From a virus (Duplodnaviria > Caudoviricetes): a DNA stretch of 30,094 nt. The stretch lies in IMG/VR virus record IMGVR_UViG_3300017589_000288, positions 1 through 30,094 of that record; one strand, written 5' to 3'. A program made the translations under genes and the position numbers. Numbering within the stretch: position 1 is the first letter of the stretch; the number at the start of each line of letters is the position of its first letter. Positions 1-8,777 of this stretch are shown one piece after another. The notes below the pieces were generated by a model, which had not been told where the DNA came from, did not search any database, and saw nothing but the letters and a program-made list of their open reading frames with translations.

Positions 1-168
1 ATGGAAGTAAGAAAGTTTAGAATTAAGTATGCCATTTTGGTTAATGGCGAAGAATATCCAAACAGCGCTGATTTTATTGCTTTAACTGCTCAGGAAGCAG
101 AACAGCAATTAAAAGACCTCCTTAAGCCAGATGTTAACTTCATTATTCATGAGGTAAGGCCTCTCTAA
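1..168 (+). CDS. small hypothetical protein (55 aa, MEVRKFRIKY...; may extend 5' of the window)
   Basis: Read manually: ATG at 1, TAA at 166-168, 1 nt before the next ATG. Confidence 0.6.
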   Translation: MEVRKFRIKYAILVNGEEYPNSADFIALTAQEAEQQLKDLLKPDVNFIIHEVRPL

Positions 169-169
169 G

Positions 170-364
170 ATGAGACAATTAATAATTGCAAGTATACCAA
201 TGATTGAGTTGGTACTTGAATCATTAGATGTGAATGCATTTGCTATTCAAATACAGATGCATAGGGAAAAGGATGAGAATCACAGATTGCAATTGCAAAA
301 AAGACTTCAAGAGATTGAAGATTTAGCGAATCATTGTAATACAGTTATTTCTAATCTTAAATAA
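170..364 (+). CDS. hypothetical coiled-coil protein (64 aa)
   Basis: ORF track; tightly packed with neighbours. Confidence 0.7.
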   Translation: MRQLIIASIPMIELVLESLDVNAFAIQIQMHREKDENHRLQLQKRLQEIEDLANHCNTVISNLK

Positions 365-365
365 A

Positions 366-545
366 ATGGCCATGGTAAAAACTGAAAAAAAGATTCGGTA
401 TGGAAAACTGAGATGGATTCCCAAAAAGGGCAAGGAAGTAATTATTGATAGCGGGCCTTTTATTAAGTTGAATGCTATAAGGACCAGATTATGGCTGGAT
501 CCCTTTTATTCAAAAGCAAATGGAGAATTGAAGTTAACCTACTAA
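366..545 (+). CDS. small basic hypothetical protein (59 aa, MAMVKTEKKIRYGKLRW...)
   Basis: Read manually: ATG 366, TAA 543-545; fills the gap between 364 and 562. Confidence 0.65.
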   Translation: MAMVKTEKKIRYGKLRWIPKKGKEVIIDSGPFIKLNAIRTRLWLDPFYSKANGELKLTY

Positions 546-561
546 CACCCCTGGACTTTCA

Positions 562-3500
562 GTGAGATATATTGATCAGGATAAAATTTATTCCGCTACG
601 GATAGCGGTTTAAGAATATTTGAACACTACTTCCCTAATCTTGACTTAAAATCAAGCAAGACTTTCTTTAAGGAAAGGGAAGAAGAAAAATCTGCATCAG
701 CTCATGTTTCCTGGCATGATAACTTTTGGAGAATAACAGATTTTGGGAATCCGGATGTTACCGGTTCAACCGGTGTCGCATACGTAATGTACCGGGAAAA
801 GTTAACGTTTTACGAAGCACTTGTTTTCATTGAAGATATCATCTTAAATCACAAGATTGAGGCTGGTAATTTCAAAACTATAAAATGGGCACCTGAGTAT
901 AGTTGGCGTGAAATGACAACGGCTGATAAAAAGGGAAAATACAACTGGATATTCAAAGAAAAACCAAGCCCTGAAGATCTTGCTGCAATAGGCCGATATG
1001 TGGATGAGGATGTTCTATCTCATTTCAATTGCCGAGCTGTAGAAAAATATGAATACTGTGGTGTTTCAAAGAAACAAAACAGGGATGTTGTCCATGTTTT
1101 CCAATCTACTAAAGATTTTCCAATTTTTCTGTTTGACTATGGCGATTTTCAAAAATTGTATAAACCTCATGAGCTTGATAAAAAGTACAGATTCCAATAT
1201 ATAGGCCAAAAACCAACGGATTATATTTATGGACTGGAGCAGATTAAAGATGCAAGAAATGAATTTGCAGACCAGGAATCAGAGCAATTATATTTACCGG
1301 AAGATAAACCTGAAGCTCGTGTGAAAGACATTTTCAGGTGTTCCGGAGAGAGTGATGCAATGAACCTATATTCATTAGGATTTCATCCTTACTGGTTGAA
1401 CTCTGAATCTAAGGATTTCACCTGGCAAATGTATATGGAGGTGAATGATCTGTGTGAGAACCACTACCAGATTATGGATCTCGATGCGACCGGTCAGCGT
1501 GAAGCCTTCAAAAACGCACTTAAACACATTGATCAGTATACCATTGAATTACCCTCTTGGCTCAGGTATAAAAGAGACTGGAGGAATAATCCGTGCAAGG
1601 ATTTAAAAGATTTCATTAATCTGGCTGGAGATAATAAAGAATCAACTCGTTTTGAATTTTTGGTTTTAAAAACGGCTGCATTAAGAGTCAAGTTCTGGAA
1701 TAGATCTGAAGATGAAAAGAAAAAGGTTGCATATAATCTTAACCTAGAGGATTACTATTTCTTCCTGAAAGCCAATGGCTTCTACCAGATGGAAAGCGTG
1801 TACCATAAAGGTGCAACGTACTGTTATGTTAAGATTACAGGCAAGGCTGTTGAATTAATTCATCCTGCAGATATAAAAAGGACCATTAAGAGGTTTACAA
1901 AGGAATGGATCCGCAGTAAAAAATTAATGGATGCCAAAGCAATTCTTAACAAGTTAAACTCTAGTAACCAAATATCTGAGTCTAATCTTGACACCATTGA
2001 AGAAATTAAGCTAAATTTCAAAAATCATGATCGTTTCACCGAATACCTTCATTTCAATAACATCTCCGTTCGTGTTCATAAGGATAAAATTGATACTGTC
2101 AAACAGGTTGACCTACCAAATTACGTACTAAAGAATTTAATTGTAAATAATAAGAAAGTTTCACACCTAATTGACAGGGATTTCAGATTAATTAAAGAAC
2201 AACCGGTTGAAATTAACGCCACTAAAGAATACCAGGAATTACTTGATAAAATTGCCAATGCTGCTAATGAGGAAGAGAGAATCACACTTAATCTTGAAGA
2301 AGCCCAATTCGCTGACATTAATAAATACGATGTAAGAATTAAATCTGATTTCTTCTTCACTAATTTTCTGCGGGATCTTTCAAGGCTTCATTGGAAAAAG
2401 GAACTGGAATGGAAGCATTTACCCGACGAAGTTAAAAAAGCAAGAAAACAGCCTCTAACAGAGGATGAAATTAAAGAAGAAAAGCTAGCCTTTGCTAACC
2501 TTTGCTTTGTGATCGGCTACCATTGTGCCCAATATAAGGATTCGGGAAAAGCCTGGTTAACCCTGATTCAGGATAACAGGATATCAGAAGTTGGTAATGC
2601 CTCCGGAGGCTCCGGTAAGAGTTTGCTTAGTAAGGCCATCACTTATGTAAGAGCCAGCTTTTATAAAGGTGGTAGATCTCTTTCTGATAAGGATGTATTC
2701 AAGTTCTTTTATGATGGACTAACTGAATTTCATGATTTTATTGAAATTGATGATCTCTGGGAATATGCAGATTTTGGATTTTTCTATACCCAGATAACCG
2801 GTCCAAGAGAAGTAAACCCCAAAAATTACTCATCTATGGTAATTCCCTATGAAGATTCAGGTAAAATGCTCATATCAACTAACTATGAGCTGATGAACGT
2901 GGATTCATCAACTTATCGCAGGATTCTCAATGCAACAGTCAGTGATTACTATCACGAGAAAACAAAGTTAAATGACTACAAAGAGACCAGATCGCCTTTG
3001 TCAAAGTATGGCAGGAGGTTGTACGATGATTTTACAGAAGAAGAATGGATCAGGTTTTACAATTTCATAGCCTATTGCATACAACTGCAAATGCGATTCC
3101 ATAAGATTCAGCCACCAATGGCGAACTTGGAGAAAAAACAGGCACGACGTGCTATGTCTGCAGGACTAGGCAAAGACGAGGACTTTTTCAGATGGGCTAA
3201 TAACTATTTCATTGCTTACCCAGACAAGGACCGGCCAGAGATCTCGCCTGAAGAACATGGGTACTGGAATACTTTCATTGTAAAATCATTGGCATTTGAT
3301 AATTTTTTCCAAGGGTTGAGCAAAAAGCAACAAAATGACTATAGGGCCAGTAAATTCAAAAATCAGGTTAGTGCCTGGTGCGATTATTATGGTTTTAAAC
3401 TAAATCCTGATGATTTATGTACTGGACCTGAAGACGGACGGAGAATAATCAAGAAAGTAGGTGATAAGACAGTAGAGTGCCTATATATTGATGTAAAAGT

Positions 3501-3579
3501 GCAAAATAATGGAAAGCCAGATGAATCTGCTACAGTTAGAGCGAAACCACAGATTGACGATGAAGATGTGCCATTTTAA
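562..3579 (+). CDS. phage primase-helicase fusion (TOPRIM + P-loop NTPase)
   Basis: TOPRIM-like CSGESDAMNL and DxD (MDLDATG); Walker A GGSGKS; Walker B-like IEIDD; ISTN and RRI motifs. Confidence 0.85.
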   Translation: MRYIDQDKIYSATDSGLRIFEHYFPNLDLKSSKTFFKEREEEKSASAHVSWHDNFWRITDFGNPDVTGSTGVAYVMYREKLTFYEALVFIEDIILNHKIEAGNFKTIKWAPEYSWREMTTADKKGKYNWIFKEKPSPEDLAAIGRYVDEDVLSHFNCRAVEKYEYCGVSKKQNRDVVHVFQSTKDFPIFLFDYGDFQKLYKPHELDKKYRFQYIGQKPTDYIYGLEQIKDARNEFADQESEQLYLPEDKPEARVKDIFRCSGESDAMNLYSLGFHPYWLNSESKDFTWQMYMEVNDLCENHYQIMDLDATGQREAFKNALKHIDQYTIELPSWLRYKRDWRNNPCKDLKDFINLAGDNKESTRFEFLVLKTAALRVKFWNRSEDEKKKVAYNLNLEDYYFFLKANGFYQMESVYHKGATYCYVKITGKAVELIHPADIKRTIKRFTKEWIRSKKLMDAKAILNKLNSSNQISESNLDTIEEIKLNFKNHDRFTEYLHFNNISVRVHKDKIDTVKQVDLPNYVLKNLIVNNKKVSHLIDRDFRLIKEQPVEINATKEYQELLDKIANAANEEERITLNLEEAQFADINKYDVRIKSDFFFTNFLRDLSRLHWKKELEWKHLPDEVKKARKQPLTEDEIKEEKLAFANLCFVIGYHCAQYKDSGKAWLTLIQDNRISEVGNASGGSGKSLLSKAITYVRASFYKGGRSLSDKDVFKFFYDGLTEFHDFIEIDDLWEYADFGFFYTQITGPREVNPKNYSSMVIPYEDSGKMLISTNYELMNVDSSTYRRILNATVSDYYHEKTKLNDYKETRSPLSKYGRRLYDDFTEEEWIRFYNFIAYCIQLQMRFHKIQPPMANLEKKQARRAMSAGLGKDEDFFRWANNYFIAYPDKDRPEISPEEHGYWNTFIVKSLAFDNFFQGLSKKQQNDYRASKFKNQVSAWCDYYGFKLNPDDLCTGPEDGRRIIKKVGDKTVECLYIDVKVQNNGKPDESATVRAKPQIDDEDVPF

Positions 3580-3593
3580 TTAGTTATAAGCCT

Positions 3594-3872
3594 ATGTTTT
3601 TAAATACTGAAGAAAAGCTATTGCTACAAGTTGAAACGCTACCAGAGGGCTGTGAATTAATCACCGCCGGTAGAATCATAGAAGGGGACTATCGATGGAA
3701 TGTTTATGAAGACTGTTGGAATCTGACTGATATAACCACGTCACCTAAACATGACATAATCATAAATGATCCTGTCAGCAATTTTGGTGGTGTTTGCCGA
3801 AAATTAGGAATTGGTACTGTGTTTGGCCAAAGTGAAAAAATAACGCAAGCCCCTCAATTCATTAATCTCTAA
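3594..3872 (+). CDS. hypothetical protein
   Basis: ORF track; co-oriented in the operon. Confidence 0.7.
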   Translation: MFLNTEEKLLLQVETLPEGCELITAGRIIEGDYRWNVYEDCWNLTDITTSPKHDIIINDPVSNFGGVCRKLGIGTVFGQSEKITQAPQFINL

Positions 3873-3884
3873 AATTTTATCAAG

Positions 3885-4361
3885 ATGAACTTTCAGGATG
3901 TAGATAGAATTGTTGCAAGAAATTTCAAGGTAAAAGTCATGCTGATACATAGCCCGAGCCATGAAAAACACATCATCTTAGCCAGGGCTGCAGCAATAAA
4001 AATCAATCGGGACCTGTTGAAATTATCTTTCTCGAGGCTGAGTGAAATTTATAATAAAAGGTCTCATAACACAGCTAGCCATTCGTATAAGGTGGCAAAT
4101 GACTCATACGACACTGACAAGGATTTTCAGTCTAAATTCAATCAGGCGCTGGAACAAAGTATAAGTTTTAAAAGTACATGGAAGTCAAGGAAACAAAAGT
4201 ATAACCTTCACTACAGGTTGAGAGAAAAGGATATACTAGTCGAAACGAAGTCGCGTACAATTTCCATCAGGCAAGACCAGGAGAAGTTAATTACCGGCTC
4301 ATCTCAACTGAGAAAAATTATAAAGTCTCATAACTATCAAGTTCAATACTCAATACTATAG
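3885..4361 (+). CDS. DnaA domain IV-like (Bac_DnaA_C) helix-turn-helix protein
   Basis: ARAAAIKINRDLLKLSFSRLSEIYNKRSHNTASHSYK parallels the DnaA C-terminal signature RQIAMYL.R.L...SL..IG..F..RDHTTV.HA..K. Confidence 0.7.
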   Translation: MNFQDVDRIVARNFKVKVMLIHSPSHEKHIILARAAAIKINRDLLKLSFSRLSEIYNKRSHNTASHSYKVANDSYDTDKDFQSKFNQALEQSISFKSTWKSRKQKYNLHYRLREKDILVETKSRTISIRQDQEKLITGSSQLRKIIKSHNYQVQYSIL

Positions 4362-4367
4362 CCTGTC

Positions 4368-4718
4368 ATGAATTACAAAGATTATTGCCCGAATTGTGCT
4401 TATGGTGGATGCTCTAATGCTGAGAAATCAGCAGCTGAAGGCCGGAATGATGTTAAGTGCCCGCAGTTTAAAATCATCATTAGTATTGACGGTACGACGA
4501 ATGAAAGAAGCATGTTCTTTTACAAAGATCTTCCTGCAGGAATGCGTGTGGCCACTGAAGATGATTTCAAAATTTATGATCAGCCTAATCTCGGTCTAAA
4601 ATTCTTAATCAAATCCTTTTACACAAACCGGATAGAGACAAAGTACCTCACGGAAAATACTAACATGGATGAGTTGGATATTTTCATTAAAGCTGGACAT
4701 TGTTTCGTTAAAAATTAA
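4368..4718 (+). CDS. hypothetical protein with N-terminal Cys cluster (CPNC-x3-C...C)
   Basis: ORF track; Cys spacing suggests a small metal-binding domain. Confidence 0.7.
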   Translation: MNYKDYCPNCAYGGCSNAEKSAAEGRNDVKCPQFKIIISIDGTTNERSMFFYKDLPAGMRVATEDDFKIYDQPNLGLKFLIKSFYTNRIETKYLTENTNMDELDIFIKAGHCFVKN

Positions 4719-4724
4719 TCTTCG

Positions 4725-5162
4725 ATGGAACTATATCTTCCCCCAAAACCAAAAAAGCGATATAAGATATCCTGGTCTAACGAGATGATAATAATCTTAT
4801 GCAATAAGTTCTCAATTACTTTTAACAGAGAGCTGGCCAAGGAGCTGAAAGTATCCATGCGCTCCCTGATCCGCAAGGCAAGAGAACTTAATTTAGAGAA
4901 AGAGCCAGGTTTCCTTGAGAAAAATCGAGAGTTAATAACCAAAATGGCTGTTGCGAATAATTATAATAAATATACCGGTATCAAAGGTTGGAGTGTGCCC
5001 AATTCTGAGAAAACCCGGTTCAAAAAAGGCCAGCAATCACCAATGAAGTCTAATCCGGAGCTAATTGAAAAAGTGAGAAATAAGAGAAACGAGACAATTA
5101 AAAGAGAGCGCATAAGGATTCGACTTGGATTTTCACAATTAACCAAATTAAACCTTAAATAA
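4725..5162 (+). CDS. basic DNA-binding protein (Myb/HTH-like N-terminus + TRFKKG motif)
   Basis: WSNEM...LAKELKVSMRSLIRKARELNLEK and RFKKGQ resemble the DNA-binding parts of phage HNH-associated proteins; no HNH motif present. Confidence 0.6.
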   Translation: MELYLPPKPKKRYKISWSNEMIIILCNKFSITFNRELAKELKVSMRSLIRKARELNLEKEPGFLEKNRELITKMAVANNYNKYTGIKGWSVPNSEKTRFKKGQQSPMKSNPELIEKVRNKRNETIKRERIRIRLGFSQLTKLNLK

Positions 5163-5167
5163 AAACA

Positions 5168-5184
5168 CCGGAACGGAGGCCGGA
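5168..5184 (+). repeat. start-associated repeat copy 1 (CCGGAACGGAGGCCGGA)
   Basis: Identical 17-mer at 5722-5738; degenerate copies at 6327-6344 and 6577-6591. Confidence 0.85.
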
Positions 5185-5189
5185 GAAGA

Positions 5190-5708
5190 ATGAATAAATA
5201 CGGAGAAGCAGTAAAGTGCGATTTTGACTTAACCATTGCGTACGATATCTCACTCATTGAAATGTTGAAGGTTTTCAATTTCTCAACAAAAGAGTGGGAC
5301 ACTTGTGAATATTGGGGAAGTGAAAAAGAATATTATTTTGGTAGGATGGCTGATTTTAATTTTGATATTTCCAAAGCTGAAACCCGAATCTATTATGGAG
5401 AATGTCCGTATTATGGTTATTTCAGTAATTCACCATCTCAATTAGTAATACTGCCTGTTGCAGCTTTTTCACCTAAGGGCTTTATTTGTAAGGGGCTTAT
5501 AAAAATTGACCAAAAATATCCAGTTCCTGAAACGATGTTGGACCTGGCAAAACATATTGATAATTTCATTTACTGTCGACTCAAAATGGAAATGGAATTA
5601 CAAAAGGAGCACGACCATGAGCAGTACCAGGAAATTCAGGAACGAATTCAAATGGCAGTACAGATACCGGACGAATTTATTAATGAACTTAATGATTTAC
5701 CATTTTAA
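5190..5708 (+). CDS. hypothetical protein with SSB-like acidic C-terminus (NDLPF)
   Basis: ORF track; preceded by repeat copy 1. Confidence 0.75.
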   Translation: MNKYGEAVKCDFDLTIAYDISLIEMLKVFNFSTKEWDTCEYWGSEKEYYFGRMADFNFDISKAETRIYYGECPYYGYFSNSPSQLVILPVAAFSPKGFICKGLIKIDQKYPVPETMLDLAKHIDNFIYCRLKMEMELQKEHDHEQYQEIQERIQMAVQIPDEFINELNDLPF

Positions 5709-5721
5709 CTATTTTAATAAG

Positions 5722-5738
5722 CCGGAACGGAGGCCGGA
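5722..5738 (+). repeat. start-associated repeat copy 2
   Basis: Exact match to 5168-5184; 7 nt before ATG 5746. Confidence 0.85.
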
Positions 5739-5745
5739 TAATATT

Positions 5746-6072
5746 ATGGCACTAAGTAATAATGCAGTTCAGAAAGCTTATGAAGTTTTGAATGAGCTAA
5801 AAAGGTCAGTACACCCAAATTTGTCAATCAAGTCATGGCCTCTTGATCTTCAAGAATTGGAAAAAGATGAAAGAAGGAAGACAATAGAGCCAGACACGCT
5901 TTATGGATACGATAATAAGTCTGATGGAGGTTGGGAGAATTTAATTTTTTGGACAAATGACCCATCCTGTGAGCTCAAGGAAGAATTTGACAAATTAAAG
6001 TCTAGAGTTCCGAATTCATCGATTTCAAAATATGACGAATTTATGGGGATGTGGATGTTCGGCTGGTTTTAA
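5746..6072 (+). CDS. hypothetical protein (108 aa, MALSNNAVQK...)
   Basis: Start moved from the track's 5506 to ATG 5746, which removes the overlap and follows repeat copy 2. Confidence 0.75.
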   Translation: MALSNNAVQKAYEVLNELKRSVHPNLSIKSWPLDLQELEKDERRKTIEPDTLYGYDNKSDGGWENLIFWTNDPSCELKEEFDKLKSRVPNSSISKYDEFMGMWMFGWF

Positions 6073-6089
6073 TCTAGAGGATAAATAAA

Positions 6090-6317
6090 ATGAATAAAGA
6101 AAGAAGAAAAGAGATCCAGCTGATTCTTGATAAGATATTGGATCTGAAGGAAGATATTGAAGCCGTTAAAAGTGATGAAGAGAATGCATTTGAAAATGTT
6201 CCTGAATCATTGCAAGAAACGGAGAGAGCTCAAACAATGCAATCCACGATTGACAATCTTGAAAATGTTGTCAGCTCTTTGGAGGATGTAGAGAGCTCAT
6301 TGAATGAAATACTTTAA
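6090..6317 (+). CDS. small acidic helical phage protein
   Basis: MNKERRK...DEENAFENVPESLQETER pattern recalled from phage hypothetical proteins; A-rich start. Confidence 0.8.
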   Translation: MNKERRKEIQLILDKILDLKEDIEAVKSDEENAFENVPESLQETERAQTMQSTIDNLENVVSSLEDVESSLNEIL

Positions 6318-6326
6318 TAGGCTTTG

Positions 6327-6344
6327 AAAACACCAGAACGGAGG
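6327..6344 (+). repeat. start-associated repeat copy 3 (AAAACACCAGAACGGAGG)
   Basis: 17/18 match to 5162-5179; 7 nt before ATG 6352. Confidence 0.8.
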
Positions 6345-6351
6345 ACAATCA

Positions 6352-7062
6352 ATGATAACGATTCATTACACACGATTTGAATTTATTCCTTTTTATAAAA
6401 ATGGAAGTTGGAAAAGAGGTGGAAATGCTAAAACATTTTGCCGGTATAATAACTCAGAAGTGTCATTTGAGATAAATATGTTTGGTAAGTCAAAAGAAGA
6501 AGCAAAAGAGAAGTTGATGAAATTTTTAAGATCAAATGGAGAGGTTCAACTATTCATAGAAACAAAAAATAACAATACCAGACCGGAGGCCCTTAATAAA
6601 ATGGAATATTTTCAAGTAGAATTAGAAAACGAAGATCCAAAAGATACAATGCAATACATTGAATCTAAAAGAGAATGGGATGTAAAGAACCAGAAATACA
6701 GAATCCCAATAGAACAATTAAAGAAGATGGAGAGAACCACAAACCTTAATGAATGTAAGATTTTCTGGAGGGGTCAATACTTGTTAATTGAGCATGATAA
6801 TATAATATTTTATTGGGATTCATTTCCATATTGTTATTTAAAGCAAGCCGTTGAATTTATGGAATTGGAAAAGCCTGCAAAGTGGAAGACAATAGATAAG
6901 TTGATCTCACTCCGAATGGGTATCCGACAAACTGAAGTTAACGGATGTGGTTATGTTGACACATTACTGGTTGGGGAGAAAATGACTTTAAGACTATACA
7001 AGAAGTTTATGCGCTTTGCCAGGGAACAGGATTTTCAACATCATGGTTCACATACGTTTTAA
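6352..7062 (+). CDS. hypothetical protein, possibly a fusion of two genes (internal start 6601)
   Basis: ORF track; degenerate repeat at 6577-6591 precedes in-frame ATG 6601. Confidence 0.7.
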   Translation: MITIHYTRFEFIPFYKNGSWKRGGNAKTFCRYNNSEVSFEINMFGKSKEEAKEKLMKFLRSNGEVQLFIETKNNNTRPEALNKMEYFQVELENEDPKDTMQYIESKREWDVKNQKYRIPIEQLKKMERTTNLNECKIFWRGQYLLIEHDNIIFYWDSFPYCYLKQAVEFMELEKPAKWKTIDKLISLRMGIRQTEVNGCGYVDTLLVGEKMTLRLYKKFMRFAREQDFQHHGSHTF

Positions 7063-7094
7063 CCTGGATAAAAACTTTTCTTTTGACAATTTGG

Positions 7095-7126
7095 AAAGGC
7101 CTGTGCAGAAATGTACGGGCTTTTTT
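7095..7126 (+). terminator. intrinsic terminator ending the early operon
   Basis: GGCCTGTGCA-gaaa-TGTACGGGCT stem with G-U pairs, followed by a T run. Confidence 0.75.
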
Positions 7127-7180
7127 AATGGCTGTTTCCGGCAGGATCCTGAGGAGGAAAGTTTATGACAAAATCGTGAA

Positions 7181-7251
7181 ATCAGCCGGCCGGTCATTTT
7201 GCCCCCTTCGGGGAGTCATTTGCAGACTCCTGGTGATAGTTGCCGGCTGAT
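7181..7251. other. GC-rich branched stem-loop (candidate structured RNA/DNA element)
   Basis: Perfect 10-bp outer stem ATCAGCCGGC/GCCGGCTGAT enclosing ccc-TTCG-ggg and GGAGTC/GACTCC hairpins. Confidence 0.45.
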
Positions 7252-7391
7252 CGAACACCTTATATAAACACGCCCCTTTTTTGCTTCAGGCGGGCAGATT
7301 ACAGCAAGTAACACACATGCGACAATGTAATAATATAAGCGATTTGCATTTATCGCCTTTTCCCCCTTCACCCCCAAATTCTATTTTATTT

Positions 7392-7657
7392 TGTAACTTG
7401 TAACCTAATAGGATAAGTAACAGAAATATAAGACATTACAAGGTTACAAAAAAGTTACAAAATTCAAAAAAAAGTGTAACCTTGTAAAAATTGTAACTTT
7501 TTTACTCAACAAAAAAAGAGAGGTTACAGAAGATTGCAAAAATTGTAACTTTTGTAACTATTGATATCCAGTTACTTAAAAAAAGGTTACAAAACGGATT
7601 GTAACTTTGTAACCACTGTGATTCAGATAGATACAGAGCTAAAAATCTCTGGTTACA
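7392..7657. repeat. TGTAAC/GTTACA iteron array, candidate replication origin
   Basis: 13 perfect hexamers in both orientations (7392, 7399, 7443, 7454, 7475, 7492, 7523, 7544, 7553, 7586, 7600, 7608, 7652) among A/T tracts in non-coding DNA. Confidence 0.75.
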
Positions 7658-7777
7658 AATTTTCTCACTTTTTGTCAGTAAAATTTCGGGGTAAGGTGAT
7701 CAGTTACTTATTGCCATGTCAATAACTTTACACAAAATGAATCTTTTTTAAAAAATTTATAATTGTAAATTTAGTGC

Positions 7778-8275
7778 ATGCAAAACAACCAGACTAACCG
7801 ATCTATAATACTGAATCTAAGGAAATCATACTTTGAAAATTACATAAGATTCATTTTTAAAACACAGGATAATCAGCCAATTTGTGTAAATCGAGAACAT
7901 GAGTTAGGTAAGTATTTATTTTCCAGGGTAAGGTATTCTAATAATAAACCTCAGTTGGAGACATCTGGCTATCCGGTTGAACTTATCTTGCCAGCACATG
8001 GAAACGACGGATGTAGGAATAATTTCATCTACTATACTGCAGATGATATGGCTCGTATAAATGATTTTATCGACTCAACGGCATACCTGGATTTTAGAAT
8101 GTGTGTATATACCGGTACCATTGATTTGAAAATCGATCGTAAGGTCGTGATTTCAGTGTTCTCTGATCTGGTTTTTGGTGAAGATAAGTTTGAAATGTTA
8201 AAGAAAGACGAGTACAGAAAAAGGAAAAAACTGTTCGATTGGATTAAAAAATCAACTAAAGAGTTCATTAACTGA
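7778..8275 (+). CDS. hypothetical basic protein (candidate late-transcription regulator)
   Basis: ORF track; lies between the iteron array and the head genes; TAAATTTA at 7766-7773 ends 4 nt before the ATG. Function is positional inference. Confidence 0.7.
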   Translation: MQNNQTNRSIILNLRKSYFENYIRFIFKTQDNQPICVNREHELGKYLFSRVRYSNNKPQLETSGYPVELILPAHGNDGCRNNFIYYTADDMARINDFIDSTAYLDFRMCVYTGTIDLKIDRKVVISVFSDLVFGEDKFEMLKKDEYRKRKKLFDWIKKSTKEFIN

Positions 8276-8290
8276 TGATTAAAAAATTAA

Positions 8291-8327
8291 TCAGTGCTTT
8301 GTCCCTTTTTAGGGGACAAAGCACTGA
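8291..8327. promoter_or_regulatory. perfect 15-bp inverted repeat
   Basis: TCAGTGCTTTGTCCC-7nt-GGGACAAAGCACTGA; no U tract on the + strand. Confidence 0.7.
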
Positions 8328-8358
8328 GGAAATGGATATAAAAACCAAAATCTGAAAA

Positions 8359-8742
8359 ATGCTTATAAGAAAACTGTCGTACAAATTCAACGAAGGTGAT
8401 GAGCTGGTAAAGCTCAACATAAAAAATCAATCCGGAACATTAAAAGAAACATCTCAACCGGTCAGACAAGGGTCTTCACATATAGCTGAATTGATAGCAT
8501 ACATTCCTGGCATAACTCCTGATGTTGATATCTTATTAAAAAAGATTGTGGCCATGGGTGCAATCTTTGAAGCTGAAGACATTGCCGGAAACGTTTTCAC
8601 GCTGGGGGATGATGATGTTAAAGCTGCATTAATCCTTGATAAAAAAAATGAAGGCAAAGCTGGATCCATTTATGGTTATGATTTGAAAATTACTTGCAAC
8701 TCAGCGAATGGGGCTGAAGTCAAGTCCTTTCAATCAGAATAA
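8359..8742 (+). CDS. hypothetical protein (possible virion component)
   Basis: ORF track; A-rich start; precedes the head genes. Confidence 0.75.
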   Translation: MLIRKLSYKFNEGDELVKLNIKNQSGTLKETSQPVRQGSSHIAELIAYIPGITPDVDILLKKIVAMGAIFEAEDIAGNVFTLGDDDVKAALILDKKNEGKAGSIYGYDLKITCNSANGAEVKSFQSE

Positions 8743-8758
8743 TGTAATCGTAACATTG
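8724..8758 (+). promoter_or_regulatory. candidate late promoter GTCCTTT-N20-TAACATTG
   Basis: Same motif and spacing at 21067, 21593 and 29132. Confidence 0.7.
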
Positions 8759-8777
8759 TGGAAGACTAAAAACCGCA

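Noticed and set aside
5506-5745. N-terminal extension of track ORF 5506-6072
   Set aside because: Overlaps ORF 5190-5708 by ~200 nt; ATG 5746 after the repeat is a better start.
7392-7657. TGTAAC repeats as a CRISPR array
   Set aside because: Units are 6 nt, in both orientations and irregularly spaced; no repeat-spacer period and no cas genes.
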